A stretch of 64,000 nucleotides of DNA. Source: Octopus sinensis. Taxonomy: Eukaryota. Both the position numbers and the translations under genes were made by a program. This document shows positions 1 through 11,384 of this stretch, one piece after another. The first letter of the stretch is position 1, and every line of letters begins with the position of its first letter. The notes under the pieces were generated by a model. That model did not search any database. It was not told where the DNA came from and worked only from the letters and a program-made list of their open reading frames with translations. The stretch spans positions 28,458,001 to 28,522,000 of the forward strand of contig NC_043020.1 in the NCBI RefSeq assembly GCF_006345805.1, in the 5' to 3' direction.

Positions 1-96
1 GCAAGCATGGAAAAGCAGACGCTGAAATAAAGATATGGTGACGAAATTTTGCCAGTAAATCAAGATGCAAATGAGTTAATGTAGTATTGCAAATAC

Positions 97-268
97 CTTG
101 TTTGGACTTGTAGCCAAGACGTCTGGCCTTTTCTGGTCTGGATGGTCTTGGTGCTCGGTGAAGCACGTTCAACTGGCGATACTGCCAGCAGCGGACACGG
201 AGCAAGAATCTCATGACATCGCTTTGCTTCTTGCGATAGATCATCTGTATATATTTGTAGGCACCCAT
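97..268 (-). CDS. RPL15: 60S ribosomal protein L15, first coding exon (gene continues off the left edge)
   Basis: The reverse strand from ATG at 268 reads [57 protein letters not shown]+G, the eL15 N-terminus. Donor CAAG|GTATTT at 97/96; acceptor TTTTCATTCCAG just upstream (278-280). Confidence 0.97.
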
Positions 269-1010
269 TTTGACTGGCTGGAATGAAAAAGAAATATTTT
301 AATACAACTGGTTAAGAGGAAAATTGAATAAAGACCCCTCCCCCACACTTATAAACTTAGTGGAGTGCCGCTCTTAACCAATAATGAGCCAAAAAAACAC
401 ACTAAGCATTTCACATAAAAAAAGTATCCTTTTCTATTCCAAGGGTTTTGAACCTGCTCGAAATAACAGCCACAATACCCTCAAACTATATTCTAACCTA
501 TTTTTAAAATGTGTACTTACAAATGTACTGAGCCTAAGATTAAATGGTCATGGCTGGAGAGTCTTTGATCATAGGTTTCCTTGATTAGGACAATAATACT
601 AGACATGCAATATAACAACCTATTTCACAACATGGATCAGCAACAGATGGGCCACTAAAGTAGTCTCCATGGGCCTCACACCTTCCCTAAAAATGTTTCA
701 AAGTTTGATCCGAATACTTTGAGAAACATTCATGAGGAACGGCTTGGGAAACTGGCTTAGCGTTTGCCTACAGATGATCAGGGGAGACATATTAAGACAT
801 GCTAAAATTCGGGAAGGAAATCCATTGGATAAAATGTTTAGGAAAACCTATGAACAAGAAACATGCGATATTGAATGTTTATAAGATGTTCGGTTTTGTG
901 AGATAATGCAAATACGTGGAACGAGCTGGTGGAGTGAAAATTTAGTGTGACAGGGTTGTTAAATATCTTGGACCCTGTATGGAAGAATAGCGATTCAAGA
1001 TAAAATTCAC

Positions 1011-1045
1011 ATCCGCCGTGACCACCACGTAAGACCAAAGAAGGA
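1011..1045 (-). promoter_or_regulatory. RPL15: Putative non-coding first exon of RPL15 with 5'TOP-like pyrimidine start
   Basis: Minus strand TCCTTCTTTGGTCTTACGTGGTGGTCACGGCGGAT followed by GTGAAT (donor-like). Ribosomal protein genes typically start in a pyrimidine tract in a short non-coding exon. The TSS is not proven. Confidence 0.6.
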
Positions 1046-1150
1046 CTGATGCCCCAAGTCAAAGACAAGCTGAAATCATGGTTAATTAATATGAAGATCC
1101 GCACCCGGTGGGAAAAATGGAAACGAAAACGTGTAACAGTTGTAATGCAC

Positions 1151-1290
1151 TGTATATATTTCTTTACTACCCACAAGGGGCTAAACATAGAGGGGACAAA
1201 CGGATTAAAGTCGATTACATCGTCCCCAGTGCGTAACTGGTACTTTGTCGACCTCGGCGGAATTTGAACTCAGAACGTAACGGCAGACGA
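1151..1290 (-). mobile_element. tRNA-headed SINE family A, internally deleted copy
   Basis: Matches the fuller copies at 7670-7881 and 46794-47024 (ATTTCTTTACTACCCACAAGGGGCTAAAC...GTCGACCTCGGCGGAATTTGAACTCAGAACG). Confidence 0.85.
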
Positions 1291-2620
1291 ATGCACCCGT
1301 ATATTAAAGGAATACGAGATTATTAGATGCTCCTCTCTCCCACTAATAAGAACATATACATTATTTTCAGCTTGGTTTTTCTTTTGCATTTCTTAATCAT
1401 ATTAAGAACCACAAATATACGACTGAGAAATTCCCTTATCGACCATGAAAGTCTCAATTATGACTGAAGATATCGTGTAATTAATAGAAGCAGCACATGG
1501 AGGGATGGAGGCTACACACATCAGGTTTTAGTCCCAACCGGGCGGAGAGAAATATGAAACGACGGCTGAAATACTGAAGGAAATAGACGGGGAAAAAGGA
1601 TCTACAACGGCAAAAACATCGTTGAGAATTATACATATAAGCGGTCATGTGGTAATTTTTTTTTTAAAGCTAAATCTATAAAAAGACTCGTGGTGGTCAT
1701 GTCTGATGGTGATGATGCATGCACGGCATTCAGCGTGGAAAGATAAATAAATAGAACGCAAATATTTGAAACATAATTCAATAGACATCACGTAAATTTA
1801 CCTGGCTATTGATTAAAATATAAATTAAGCTGGATGGTTTGCTAAAAACATACAGATTACAGTGAATTAGAACAAGGTTGGAAATTGCACATACTTAGCT
1901 TAATGGAGACACTACCGGAAAGAGAGAAATTTCTTCACGAGAAAGGATTATGGGTAACAGGAAGTTTGACTATTATGATTATGCTTACATACGGTGTAAG
2001 ATCAAATAGTTTACCCTAAAAAAAAAAACCCGTTATTCGAAAAATAAAATATGTTTACGGATAGTTAATAATTTGTTAGAACGAAAAATTTATGCTTACA
2101 TTTTAAATAGCTAAATTCGTATATATAAACGTAAATAAATGAGGGAAATTACAAATTTAGATTCAAATTAATTCTACAGAATTCTGATTTTCTTTCTATT
2201 TTCCTCAATCAACTGAAATAATTTATGAGAAGATATTCACTTGAATATTATATTATAAAATATTTCACCTTAGAATTTGTGGCGCACTACAGAGATCCCT
2301 GTGACTGGATATCCCTTTATGGTTTCGATCCTTCATGAGGGACCCCGTATTTCATGACCATCTTTTTATGCCTCCACCCGCGAAATATATGAAAGTCTCA
2401 TCGTTCTATTTCCTCTCCACAAAATCTAAAACTTAGATTAAATGAATAACTGCATATTCCCCTCATGCAAGGTTTAGAACGGATTGTTCAGGTTCTGTTC
2501 CTTGAAAACCAAAACTATTCGGAATAACTTCTACTGTGAGGTGCATATATTAATGATCATAAAATGTTCTGTTCAGGTCACTCGGATCTTGAAACGATTC
2601 AGATGCGGGATTGTCTATGG

Positions 2621-2799
2621 CAGTGGTTTTCAACCAGGGTTCCGCAAGAAGTTACAAAACTGCTAAAATCGGCAGTAATTTTTAATTCTCCTGTGCAGAT
2701 ATGTGTGCATAAGACAATTAAATTATTGCACAGGGGTTCCCCGAGCCAGTGGAATGTTTCCTTGGGGTTCCGCTCCAGCAAAAAGTTTGAAAAGCACTG
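2621..2799. mobile_element. hAT (Charlie-like) MITE
   Basis: TIRs CAGTGGTTTTCAAC / GTTTGAAAAGCACTG, with an exact 8-bp TSD GTCTATGG at 2613-2620 and 2800-2807. Confidence 0.9.
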
Positions 2800-2944
2800 G
2801 TCTATGGAGTGTAGGCCATCAACGACTTTTCTTCCCTATTCTCAACTCAAGGCTGTCTTTTCCTCTCCCATATATTGTTGGTTTTGAATCGTCATTCCTG
2901 TATTTACAACACTGCTTTTTTCCAAGTAGGGGTATTGGCTCTAC

Positions 2945-3115
2945 ATCATCATCATCATCATTTAATGTCTGCTTTTCATGCTGGCATAGATTGGACTGTT
3001 TGACACAAAACTGGTAAGCTGGGGAGCTGCACCAGTTTCTGATCTGTTTTGGCAGTGTTTCTACAGCTGGATGCCCTTCCTAACACAAACCACTCCAAGA
3101 ATGTAGTGGGTGCTA
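2945..3115 (-). mobile_element. Short copy of the RTE LINE 3' end
   Basis: Reverse complement of 19985-20160-like sequence with (GAT)n tail. Confidence 0.85.
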
Positions 3116-3297
3116 TTGACCTGACACTGATATCAGTCACAACTACAGGCTCACTTGGCTTCACAGGTCTACGCAAGCATGGTCATTTTTTTTATATTGC
3201 CCACAAGGGGCTAAACAAGGAAAGACAAACGATTAAGTCAATTATATTGACCCCGAAAGGATGGAAGGAATTATTATTATTATTATTATCATTATTG

Positions 3298-3838
3298 AGT
3301 GAGAGAGCAGTTCATGCCATCAAAGTGACACTGGGGTAAAATATACGAAGCCCAATATACCCATCATGACTACGGTACACCAGGCACATGCATCACAACC
3401 ATATGTGCGCGACATGGTGATCTCATATCAAGATAAACAGCACATGACCTTGCAGGTGGGGCCCAGTTAGAATTTTCTTCAGGTTGAGTAGCCCATCCCA
3501 CTCAAACGGTCCCTGAATAAGGGTTGTTTAAGGATGTTGAAAGAACCACCCATGTTTCCAGAGGTGAACTATTCAAACCCCAAAGAATCCCTCTCAACAC
3601 ATGGCTATGATGCTCCCCCACTACTTCTGCTCGTGATCAGAGATGTACATATCGTCAGCCACTAAGGGACATGCTCAACTGGTTAAGGTCAAACAACTGA
3701 CAAGCAAATCTGTGGTATTGAGCAGAATATTTGCTGTAGCCCATCTTTTATACCAAGACAAAACAATGTACATGATAACACTTCCAATCAGTTAAGATCA
3801 GAAGCCATGAGAGCCACTGCCTGGTACTGCATCAGGGC
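3298..3838 (-). mobile_element. Unclassified non-coding retroposon-like insert between (TTA)n tracts
   Basis: About 540 bp bounded on both sides by (TTA)n. An internal segment recurs at about 52085-52160. On the minus strand it ends in (TAA)n. Confidence 0.55.
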
Positions 3839-3860
3839 ATTATTATTATTATTATAATTA

Positions 3861-4050
3861 AGTTGATGAGCTGGTAGAATCGTTAGCATGCTGGACAAAA
3901 TGCTCAACAGTATTTCACTCGTCACTACGTTCTGAGTTCAAATTCTGCTGATGTCAACTTTGCTTTCCATCCTTTCAGGGTCGATAAGGCAATGTAATCG
4001 ACTAACTCCCCTCCCCTCAAATTTCAGGCCTTGTGCCTTTAGTAGAAAGG
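3861..4050 (+). mobile_element. SINE family A copy
   Basis: A-box-like TGGTAGAATCGTTAG, B-box-like GAGTTCAAATTC, central CTTTCCATCCTTTCAGGGTCGATAA domain. Confidence 0.8.
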
Positions 4051-4352
4051 ATTATTATTATTATTATTTTTAACTGAGCCAACACTGAAGAGGTTCTGCT
4101 TTCATACCTTGTTTCTAGAATATTCTATATGATCTAGGATAATTCACCCTTGTGGGACCTGTGTAATTAACCCACAGCTTTTGAATATAAACCTGCAAAC
4201 TAACCAAACACTCATCAATTTCATTATGCTACCACTGTTTATAACATGATGAATTTGTTCCTGCACTGAAGGGTCTTTTTTTTTATTTATAAGTTGGTGA
4301 ATCCAACAAATTGGGCATTTTATGCATCAAGTGTTGTCAATATTTTATATCT

Positions 4353-4565
4353 GTAAGGGAGCGAGCTGGCAGAACCATTATCACATGGGGCAAAATGCTT
4401 GGCAGCATTTTATCTATCATTAAGTTCTGAGTTCAAATTCTGCCAAGGTTGACTTTGCCTCTCATCCTTTTGGGGTCAATCAGATAAGTACCAGTTAAGC
4501 ACAGGGGTCAATATATTCCACTTACCCCTGTGCTTAAATTGTGGCCTTGTACCAAGATTTATAAA
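4353..4565 (+). mobile_element. SINE family A copy
   Basis: GGGAGCGAGCTGGCAGAA head, GAGTTCAAATTC B box, same central domain. Confidence 0.8.
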
Positions 4566-4596
4566 CCAATATTTTATATTTGTATAAGGTGGTAAA

Positions 4597-4925
4597 GGTG
4601 CATGGCTCAGTGGTTAGGGCATCGAACTTACAATAATGAGGTAGTGAGTTCAATTCCTGGATCGGGCCATGTGTTGTGTTCTTGAGCAAGACACTTTATT
4701 TCATGTTGCTCCAGTTCACTCAGCTGTAGAAATGAGTTGCACCATCACTGGTGCCAAACTGCATCAACCTTCGCCTTTTCTTTGGACAACATCAGTGGTG
4801 TGGAGAGGAGAGGCTGGTGTGCATGGGGGAATGCTGGTCTTCCATAAACAAACTTGCCTGGACTTGTGCCTCGGTGGGGAATCTTCTAAGTTCAATCGCA
4901 TGGTCGTTCACAACCAAAAGGGGGT
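4597..4925 (+). mobile_element. tRNA-headed SINE of another family
   Basis: TGGCTCAGTGGTTAG (A box), GAGTTCAATTCC (B box), then TTCTTGAGCAAGACAC body. No cloverleaf 3' end. Confidence 0.6.
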
Positions 4926-5284
4926 CTTTAAGGTGGTGAGCTCACAGAATCATTACCATACTGGGCAGAATGCTTAGTGGCATTTTATCCCATCTTAAAG
5001 TTCTGAGCTGAAATTCCTCCAAGAATGATTTTGTGTCAAAATTTGACGCTAATATTTCATGCTTGCACCATTATCAAAGGCTAAAAGTCCTTGCAATTCC
5101 AGAATTATCTTAATTTCATGTGGACACACGCATGAATGTACCCCCTATACACACATGTATGAAGAAATTCTTTGTCTAAAACAAATTTTGCTTCATTTAA
5201 GACCTGTTGAGGCAAGTGAAAATTGACAAAATGGACAAAATCAAAAGCAAACTCGATGAACATTAATGGATTTGTAGTTCTGTG

Positions 5285-5598
5285 GTACCAGTGCCGGTGG
5301 CACATATGAAAACCATCCCAACGTTGCCATAGCCAGTACCGCATTGACTGGCCTCCGTGCCGGTGGCACGTAAAAAACACCATCCGACCGTGGCCATTCA
5401 CCAGCCTCGCCTGGCACCTGTGTCGGTGGCACATAAAATCACCCACTACACACTCGGAGTGGTCGGCGTTAGGAGGGGCATCCAGCTGTAGAAACACTGC
5501 CAGATCTAACTGGCCTGGTGCAGTCTTCGGGCTTCCCAGACCCCAGTTGAACCGTCCAACCCATGCTAGCATGGAAAGCGGACGTTAAACGATGATGA
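5285..5598 (+). mobile_element. Short copy of the RTE LINE 3' end with three GTGCCGGTGGCAC-type units
   Basis: Colinear with 19850-20160; ends GGACGTTAAACGATGATGATG. Confidence 0.9.
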
Positions 5599-6429
5599 TG
5601 GTGGAGGTTATCCATAAAACCTAGGAATAAGTTTCACAGATCTTGGGAAACCATTAACAGGTTTTGAGACAAAATATTTTGGGAACAGCTGAGTGGAGCA
5701 AAGGGCAAAGTATCTTGCAGTATTTCGCCACATCTTGAGCTCAGATTCTAATCTGTTTCCATTCTTCAGTAATATAACGTTGAACTTTTGATGCGATTGG
5801 CAATTATTGATCTTTTTGAAGAAAAACGCGTATATTTTATCAATAGTAAATTATCGAAACGTTAAATTTTATAGAATGACTAGGAGTCGGGGAAGTACTC
5901 AGGGACTCCTTCTCCACGAAAACCAAATAGTAAAGTGAGCAAATCCAGTACCATTGACTGATTTCAAGCAAATTAGAAGAAGGGAGATAATAACCAAATT
6001 TTAAAAATTACTTTTCAATTACAGTGGTTGTCTCCCCTGCTCCACTCCAAATCAGTCATCACGATAAGAATCGGTTCTTTCCGTTATGAATTTAAGTTTA
6101 ATTAATTACAATTTCTGCACGACACTTCATTAATTTAAACTCTGCATGTGAACTTCCTTTGACTGATTACTATCTGCAGTTCAGTCCAGTGGATTATCTC
6201 AGAAGTGTAAGTGATCAGATTATAGGGAATTAACCAGTCAACATTGAATATGTATCGAGAGACAAGCAAGTGTGGCTGTGTGGTAAGACGTTTGCTTCAC
6301 AACCACACGGTCACAGGTTCAGTCCCACTGAGTGGCACCTTCGGCAAGTGTCTTTTACTATAGCTATGAGCCAATTTTACCTATTGTTACTTTACCAGCC
6401 CATGAAAAACAAGATTCAAGCATGGTCGT

Positions 6430-6700
6430 TGCCATTGCTGGCGGACTGGCTCACGTGCAGGTAGCACATAAAAGACACCTTTTGAGCTTGGTCATTGCCA
6501 GTACCGCCTGGCTGGCCCTCATGCCAGTAGCACGTAAAAGCACCCACTACACTCTCGGAGTGGTTGGTGTTAGGAAGGGCATCCAGCTGTAGAAACTCTG
6601 CCAGATAAGATTGAGTCTGGTGCAGCCACAGGCTCACCAGTGCTCGGTCAAACCATTCAACCCATGCCAGCATGGAAAGCGGACGTTAAACGATGATGAC
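6430..6700 (+). mobile_element. Short copy of the RTE LINE 3' end
   Basis: Same 3' terminus and (GAT)n tail. Confidence 0.85.
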
Positions 6701-7072
6701 CCTTCTGATTCCTATTTCACTCAGGTGGACCCTAATGGCCATTCAATGTTTAAAAAAATGCTGCTATATTTTTATAATTAAATATTAGGAATTGTACAGA
6801 AAAACTGTAACAATATCTTGTGTTTTGTGGAAGTTGAACTGATTTACTGGACATAAATTTGAACAACAAAATCTTATGTGGACCCCAGTTGAGCACCATT
6901 GATATAGTTTTGGGGAGATATTAAGATATTGAAAAATCAAACCAATATCACAGCTTAATTATCATTTATGCTAATGAGCTGCAAAATATGTGCTACCTCT
7001 TTCTCTCTCTTACACACATAAAAAGACTGGGTGTTGGGTACATTGTTAACTTCTTTGGAATTTCTTGCTGTA

Positions 7073-7500
7073 GGCACAGGAGTGGCTGTGTGGTAAGTAG
7101 CTTGCTTACGAACCACATGGTTCTAGGTTCAGTCCCACAGCGTGGTACCTTGGGTAAGTGTCTACTACTATAGCCTTGGGCTGACCAAAGACTTATGAGT
7201 TGATTTGGTAGACGGAAACTAAAAGAAGCCCGTCATATATATGTATGTATATATATATATATATACACACACACATATACATGCATATATGTATGCGTGT
7301 GTATGTTTGTCCCCCCACCATCACTTGACAACCGATGCTGGTGTATTTATGTCCCTGTAACTTAGCAGTTCGGCAAAAGGGACCAATAGAATAAGTACTA
7401 GGCTTACAAAGAATAAGTCCTGGGGATGACTTGTTCAACTATAGGCAGTGCCCCGGCATGGCTGCACTCGAATGACTGAAACAAGTAAAAGAATAAAAGA
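7073..7500 (+). mobile_element. SINE family B, full copy with central microsatellite
   Basis: tRNA-like head GGCACAGGAGTGGCTGTGTGG...GGTTCAGTCCC, ACCTTGGGYAAGT motif (CORE-SINE-like, from memory), central (TA/CA)n, conserved 3' half ending GACTGAAACAAGTAAAAGAATAAAAG. Confidence 0.85.
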
Positions 7501-7669
7501 ACATTATTTATTATGCTCTGAGTTCAATCCCATCAATGGTCATCTCTATTGGGACCGATATGTTTCAAATAATGTGCTACGGGTGACTGATATTATGACA
7601 GTTTTGTGGGTCTTTGAGAGAAATCTTTGATCTTCCTTGAGAGGTGGCATCCTTGGTGAAATAAATATT

Positions 7670-7881
7670 TATTTCTTTACTACCCACAAGGGGCTAAACA
7701 CAGAGGGGACAAACAAGGACAGATATCGACCCCAGTGCGTAACTGGTACTTAATTTATCGACCCCGAAAGGATGAAAGGCAAAGTCGACCTCGGCGGAAT
7801 TTGAACTCACAACGTAACGGCAGACGAAATACGGCTACGCATATCGCCCAGTGTGCTATCGATTCTGCCAGCTCGCCGCCT
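7670..7881 (-). mobile_element. SINE family A, young CpG-rich copy
   Basis: Minus strand AGGCGGCGAGCTGGCAGAATCG...GAGTTCAAATTCCGCCGAGGTCGACTTTGCCTTTCATCCTTTCGGGGTCGATAAATTAAGTACCAG. The central domain resembles the MetaSINE core (recalled, not searched). Confidence 0.85.
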
Positions 7882-8148
7882 AGTTGAAATAAAGAAATCA
7901 TAGTAGTGCCAAATGGGAAGTAAGGATACATAGCACCAGGGAGCAGAGTGCATAAAATACCTGAGGATTATCGTAAAAACATACGGGTATATGAGATGCA
8001 CCCCAATTTTTTCAGTGCATATTCAAGAAAAGAAAGAAGTTTTTAACCACATTAAAGCATGTAAAATAGGCGCAACTTGACATTTGGAACCAAGGTGATC
8101 TTATGCTGACATGTTTTGGGGGAGAGGGAAATGCGAGTAAATTCCAAT

Positions 8149-8355
8149 GGCATTCCTTTGATATAGCTCGACAAGGTCGAGACATTTCACTTCGGGTATT
8201 TCCGTGGGTTGTGGAGGATAGATATACATGTTTCATGGGTGGATGTAAAATCCGCAAATTTCCAAGCAGAAAACAGAATCGGACTGTCATTTGCTTCCAC
8301 GGAAATACTCGAAGTGAAGTATTTTGATTTTGTCGAGTTATATCGAAAGAATGCT
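8149..8355. mobile_element. Foldback MITE with about 58-bp TIRs
   Basis: 8150-8207 is an imperfect reverse complement of 8297-8354. Flanked by the direct repeat ATTCCAAT (8141-8148, 8356-8363). Confidence 0.75.
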
Positions 8356-8397
8356 ATTCCAATTGCATGCTTATCAATACGATTTTAATGAAGTATA

Positions 8398-9085
8398 CTG
8401 GTGGAATACTGGTTTTAAGTACCCCGTATAACTCCTCAGAAGTTTTTTTTATTTTTTAGAATTTTCAAAGAATTTTTGCAAATTTGTGTTTAGACCATTA
8501 GGACAAAAAATGTTTTTTACCTCCCCTCCTCAAAGACTAAAAGATTTTCGATTCTTTAAAAAAATCAGTATTTAAAATATGAATAGTGCGAATTCTATGC
8601 TTAAATCTCAGCAACAGACTACCCCTGGGTGCATCATCATTCGGCGAAGGTAAAGATCATGGACCGCAACCCCTTTGGGATTTCTTTTTCTTTTTTACAG
8701 GAATACACTATCTCGAGGGCGGAGATTCCGAATCTGGAAAAACAAAAGTATTTCAAAAATTTTTTAAATGGGGGGGGGGGGGGGAATTAAAATTCCGAAA
8801 TGCGTTTTTTTTTTTTTCAGATTCGGAATCTCCGCCCTCGATATAGTGTTCCCATTGAAAAAAAAAACGTCCAAAAGGAGGTGCGGTCCATGATCTTTAC
8901 CTCCGCCTCATCATTCTTTTGGGGGGAGAAAAATATTGAAAAACATCAATACGTTAGAGTGACAAAGAAACCAGAAAGGTATAAGATGGTCGTGGGATAT
9001 GCTAAGAATAACAGCTAAATCGTTCTTAAATCACACAAAAAAAAATTGAGGTGTTTATGGAGTGCTTAAACCAGAATTCCGCAGG
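8398..9085. mobile_element. Tc1/mariner-type non-autonomous element (host of a nested MITE)
   Basis: Imperfect TIRs of about 28 bp: CTGGTGGAATACTGGTTTTAAGTACCCC versus the reverse complement CCTGCGGAATTCTGGTTTAAGCACTCC. TA on both sides. Confidence 0.6.
8643..8907. mobile_element. Mutator-like foldback MITE
   Basis: TIRs of about 100 bp starting GGCG(A/G)AGGTAAAGATCATGGACCGCA, with an exact 9-bp TSD TCATCATTC (8634-8642, 8908-8916). Confidence 0.88.
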
Positions 9086-9293
9086 TATATTTCACATTGC
9101 AAAACTTGTTAAAAACGAGAGATCCCCTCATTTTAATATACAAAAATAAATCAAATAGAAAAATTGTAAGGTATGACTTTACATTTTAAAGAACATCAAC
9201 ATGAATTGTGTTTCAACAAAATATTTTTAATTGATCAAATCTGGGTAAAATTTGAGTTATAAAAGGCAATTTTCTTTCTTTAAAAATATATGT

Positions 9294-10745
9294 TTAGTAA
9301 TTTCCGAAGTGCTTAATTCTGTAAAGTAAAGCCTGTCCTTTATTATTACCAATAGTTAAATAACCACTATTTGGGGAAATGTCCAGGTGCCGGGGATATG
9401 TTACGTCCGTATCTAAAGAATCGGGGAAATTTCTGAAAACAGTCATGGAAGGTAAATGAATCAATTTGACACCTGTTTCTGAATGGATCGAAGTTGCAGC
9501 AAGGAATTCGTTAGAATGATTAAACAATAATGAATCACATTCTGTGGTGAGGTTCATAATAGCCTTTTGAGGCCGAGGAGTTAACGAAGCCATACACGTG
9601 TCGACATCATAAATATTAACCACGCCTGAATCCGAACCACAGGCTAAATATTTGTAGTTGGGCGACACACTGACAGCCGTACCATTAACGCAACCATCGT
9701 CGTAGAATCTGTGAATACAACACCGACTGTTCATGTCCCAAACGTAAACCTGACCATCACTTCCGAAGGAAAACATTCTGTCGCCGTCTTTGGAGAAAGC
9801 TGCCGCATCCACGCTCCCGTTCATTTTAAGACTCGTAAGATATTCTTTGGAATTTGATGAGACTAGATGCATGTAACCATACTGTCCAAGAAATACTATG
9901 TAACGGCCATCGGGTGAGAGAATAAAGTCCGACAATTGGTTGTTATCCAAGGAATTAAATCGTGGAACTCTGATGAGTTTGGCTGACTCCATATCAAAAT
10001 AAGAGAAATAATTGTATCCAGAGCTTAAAACGATCTGAAGACCATCACGGCTGAAATGACTGTGTTTTATTGGAAGACGATCGACAAAAATCGTGTGAAT
10101 TTTCCGGTTCCTTTCTCCATCGATTTGGAAAAGGTTGAAACGACACTTTCTGCCAGCCGTCATAAGAACGGTGGATTTCGGGTGGAATTCCGAGGCCGTC
10201 AGGTATTGGCTTGGGTTGTCACGATTTGCATCTGTGCATTTCTTTAATTGGATGGTGATGCTGGAAAGAGACGACGATTTGGATAAGTAATTACCGGTAC
10301 TTTGTAAGAGTCCAATACGGTTGTCATCGAGATTTTCATCATCGTCGGAATCACTCGTCTGTTTTGACGAACGTTTTCGTTTCTCTGAATTCTTCAATTT
10401 CGCCCATTTTGGTGTTTCCAACGAAAGCTGATGCGAAGCTCTCACAACAGTCACGTTGTTTTCATATTCGGCCTCGTCGTCCAAATCTTCCCAAGCAGCT
10501 TTTCTGGTAGCCGGAACATCATTTTCAGCGACCTTGTGTTTCTTGGATTTCTTCTTTGGTTGAAAATTCTTCTCAATTTGGTCAACAACCAAACTTTCGT
10601 CTCCGAAAACCACGTGCTCCAGGTGACGCACTGTTTTATTTTTACGTTTTTCCGCTTTATATCGCGATTTAGAAAGTTTGTGAGATTTCGGCTTGTCCAA
10701 TTGATCGTCCACCACAGTTTGCGTAATTTCTTCCTCTTTCTCCAT
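9294..10745 (-). CDS. UTP18: U3 small nucleolar RNA-associated protein 18 homolog (WD40), uninterrupted ORF
   Basis: 483-aa ORF with a charged N-terminus containing LEHVVFGDE, AAWEDLDDE and TPKWA, then WD40 repeats (FHPKSTVLMTAG, LFQIDGERN, GQVYVWDM, LACGSDSGVVNIYD, IKHFGNY), matching the UTP18 family pattern. Confidence 0.92.
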   Translation of the reverse strand: MEKEEEITQTVVDDQLDKPKSHKLSKSRYKAEKRKNKTVRHLEHVVFGDESLVVDQIEKNFQPKKKSKKHKVAENDVPATRKAAWEDLDDEAEYENNVTVVRASHQLSLETPKWAKLKNSEKRKRSSKQTSDSDDDENLDDNRIGLLQSTGNYLSKSSSLSSITIQLKKCTDANRDNPSQYLTASEFHPKSTVLMTAGRKCRFNLFQIDGERNRKIHTIFVDRLPIKHSHFSRDGLQIVLSSGYNYFSYFDMESAKLIRVPRFNSLDNNQLSDFILSPDGRYIVFLGQYGYMHLVSSNSKEYLTSLKMNGSVDAAAFSKDGDRMFSFGSDGQVYVWDMNSRCCIHRFYDDGCVNGTAVSVSPNYKYLACGSDSGVVNIYDVDTCMASLTPRPQKAIMNLTTECDSLLFNHSNEFLAATSIHSETGVKLIHLPSMTVFRNFPDSLDTDVTYPRHLDISPNSGYLTIGNNKGQALLYRIKHFGNY

Positions 10746-11059
10746 TTCTGAGGTTTAAATTATTTTAAAAATCAAGACAATAATTACAGGAAAAAACAAT
10801 CAGAATAACTCAGCCTAAGGGCAGATAACTACTGCTAAAACAGGAGAGTGTTACACGTCAACGGTGTATGAATATATGAACGGTGAAAATGTACCTGATT
10901 GAAAAAACGGCCGAGACCGGCTTGATTGAATATATTCATTATTTCAGTCTGATACATTTTCACCGATTCCTATTTGTCGCACCGTTAGATAAACAGACAT
11001 AAAGGGACTTAACATAAACAACATTGGTTCCTGCATTAATGCATCATCGATTTTTTTTA

Positions 11060-11290
11060 TTATTCAGGGGTTTATATATATATATTGCATGCTTCAATCA
11101 CTGGATTGCAGCCATGCTGTTACATCGCCTTCAAGGGCTTGGACAAACGAATCGACCCCAACACATTTTTTCTCAGCTTGATACCAATTCTATCGGTCTC
11201 TGTGCTGAACCACTAGGTTTTCGGGGTATAAACAAGCCAACTTCTGTTATCAAGCGGTGGGGAGTGGGGTGGACAAATATATACATTCGA
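11060..11290 (-). mobile_element. SINE family B 3' half
   Basis: Reverse complement of the 3' half of 7073-7500. Confidence 0.7.
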
Positions 11291-11384
11291 CGTCTTAAAG
11301 GGACTTTTTCCAATGACGAAATTCCACACAAATTAGCGTTTAAAGGAAACACAAACACTAAGGCTATGACATCAAATATCTTTA

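Noticed and set aside
278-1010. Intronic snoRNA in RPL15 intron 1
   Set aside because: No convincing C/D box pair with terminal stem or H/ACA layout found by eye; needs snoscan/snoReport.
838-1188. 116-aa minus-strand ORF over the RPL15 promoter
   Set aside because: No recognisable domain; it spans a SINE fragment, the non-coding exon and intron 1.
2305-2350. Hammerhead-like CTCATGA...GAAAC on the minus strand
   Set aside because: Core mismatch (C instead of G), and stems I and III do not pair.
97-10745. RPL15 and UTP18 adjacency as a ribosome-biogenesis cluster
   Set aside because: Two housekeeping genes 9 kb apart can be chance; no shared regulatory element seen, and synteny data would be needed.
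10056-10751. Plus-strand ORFs of 63 and 106 aa
   Set aside because: Antisense shadows of UTP18.
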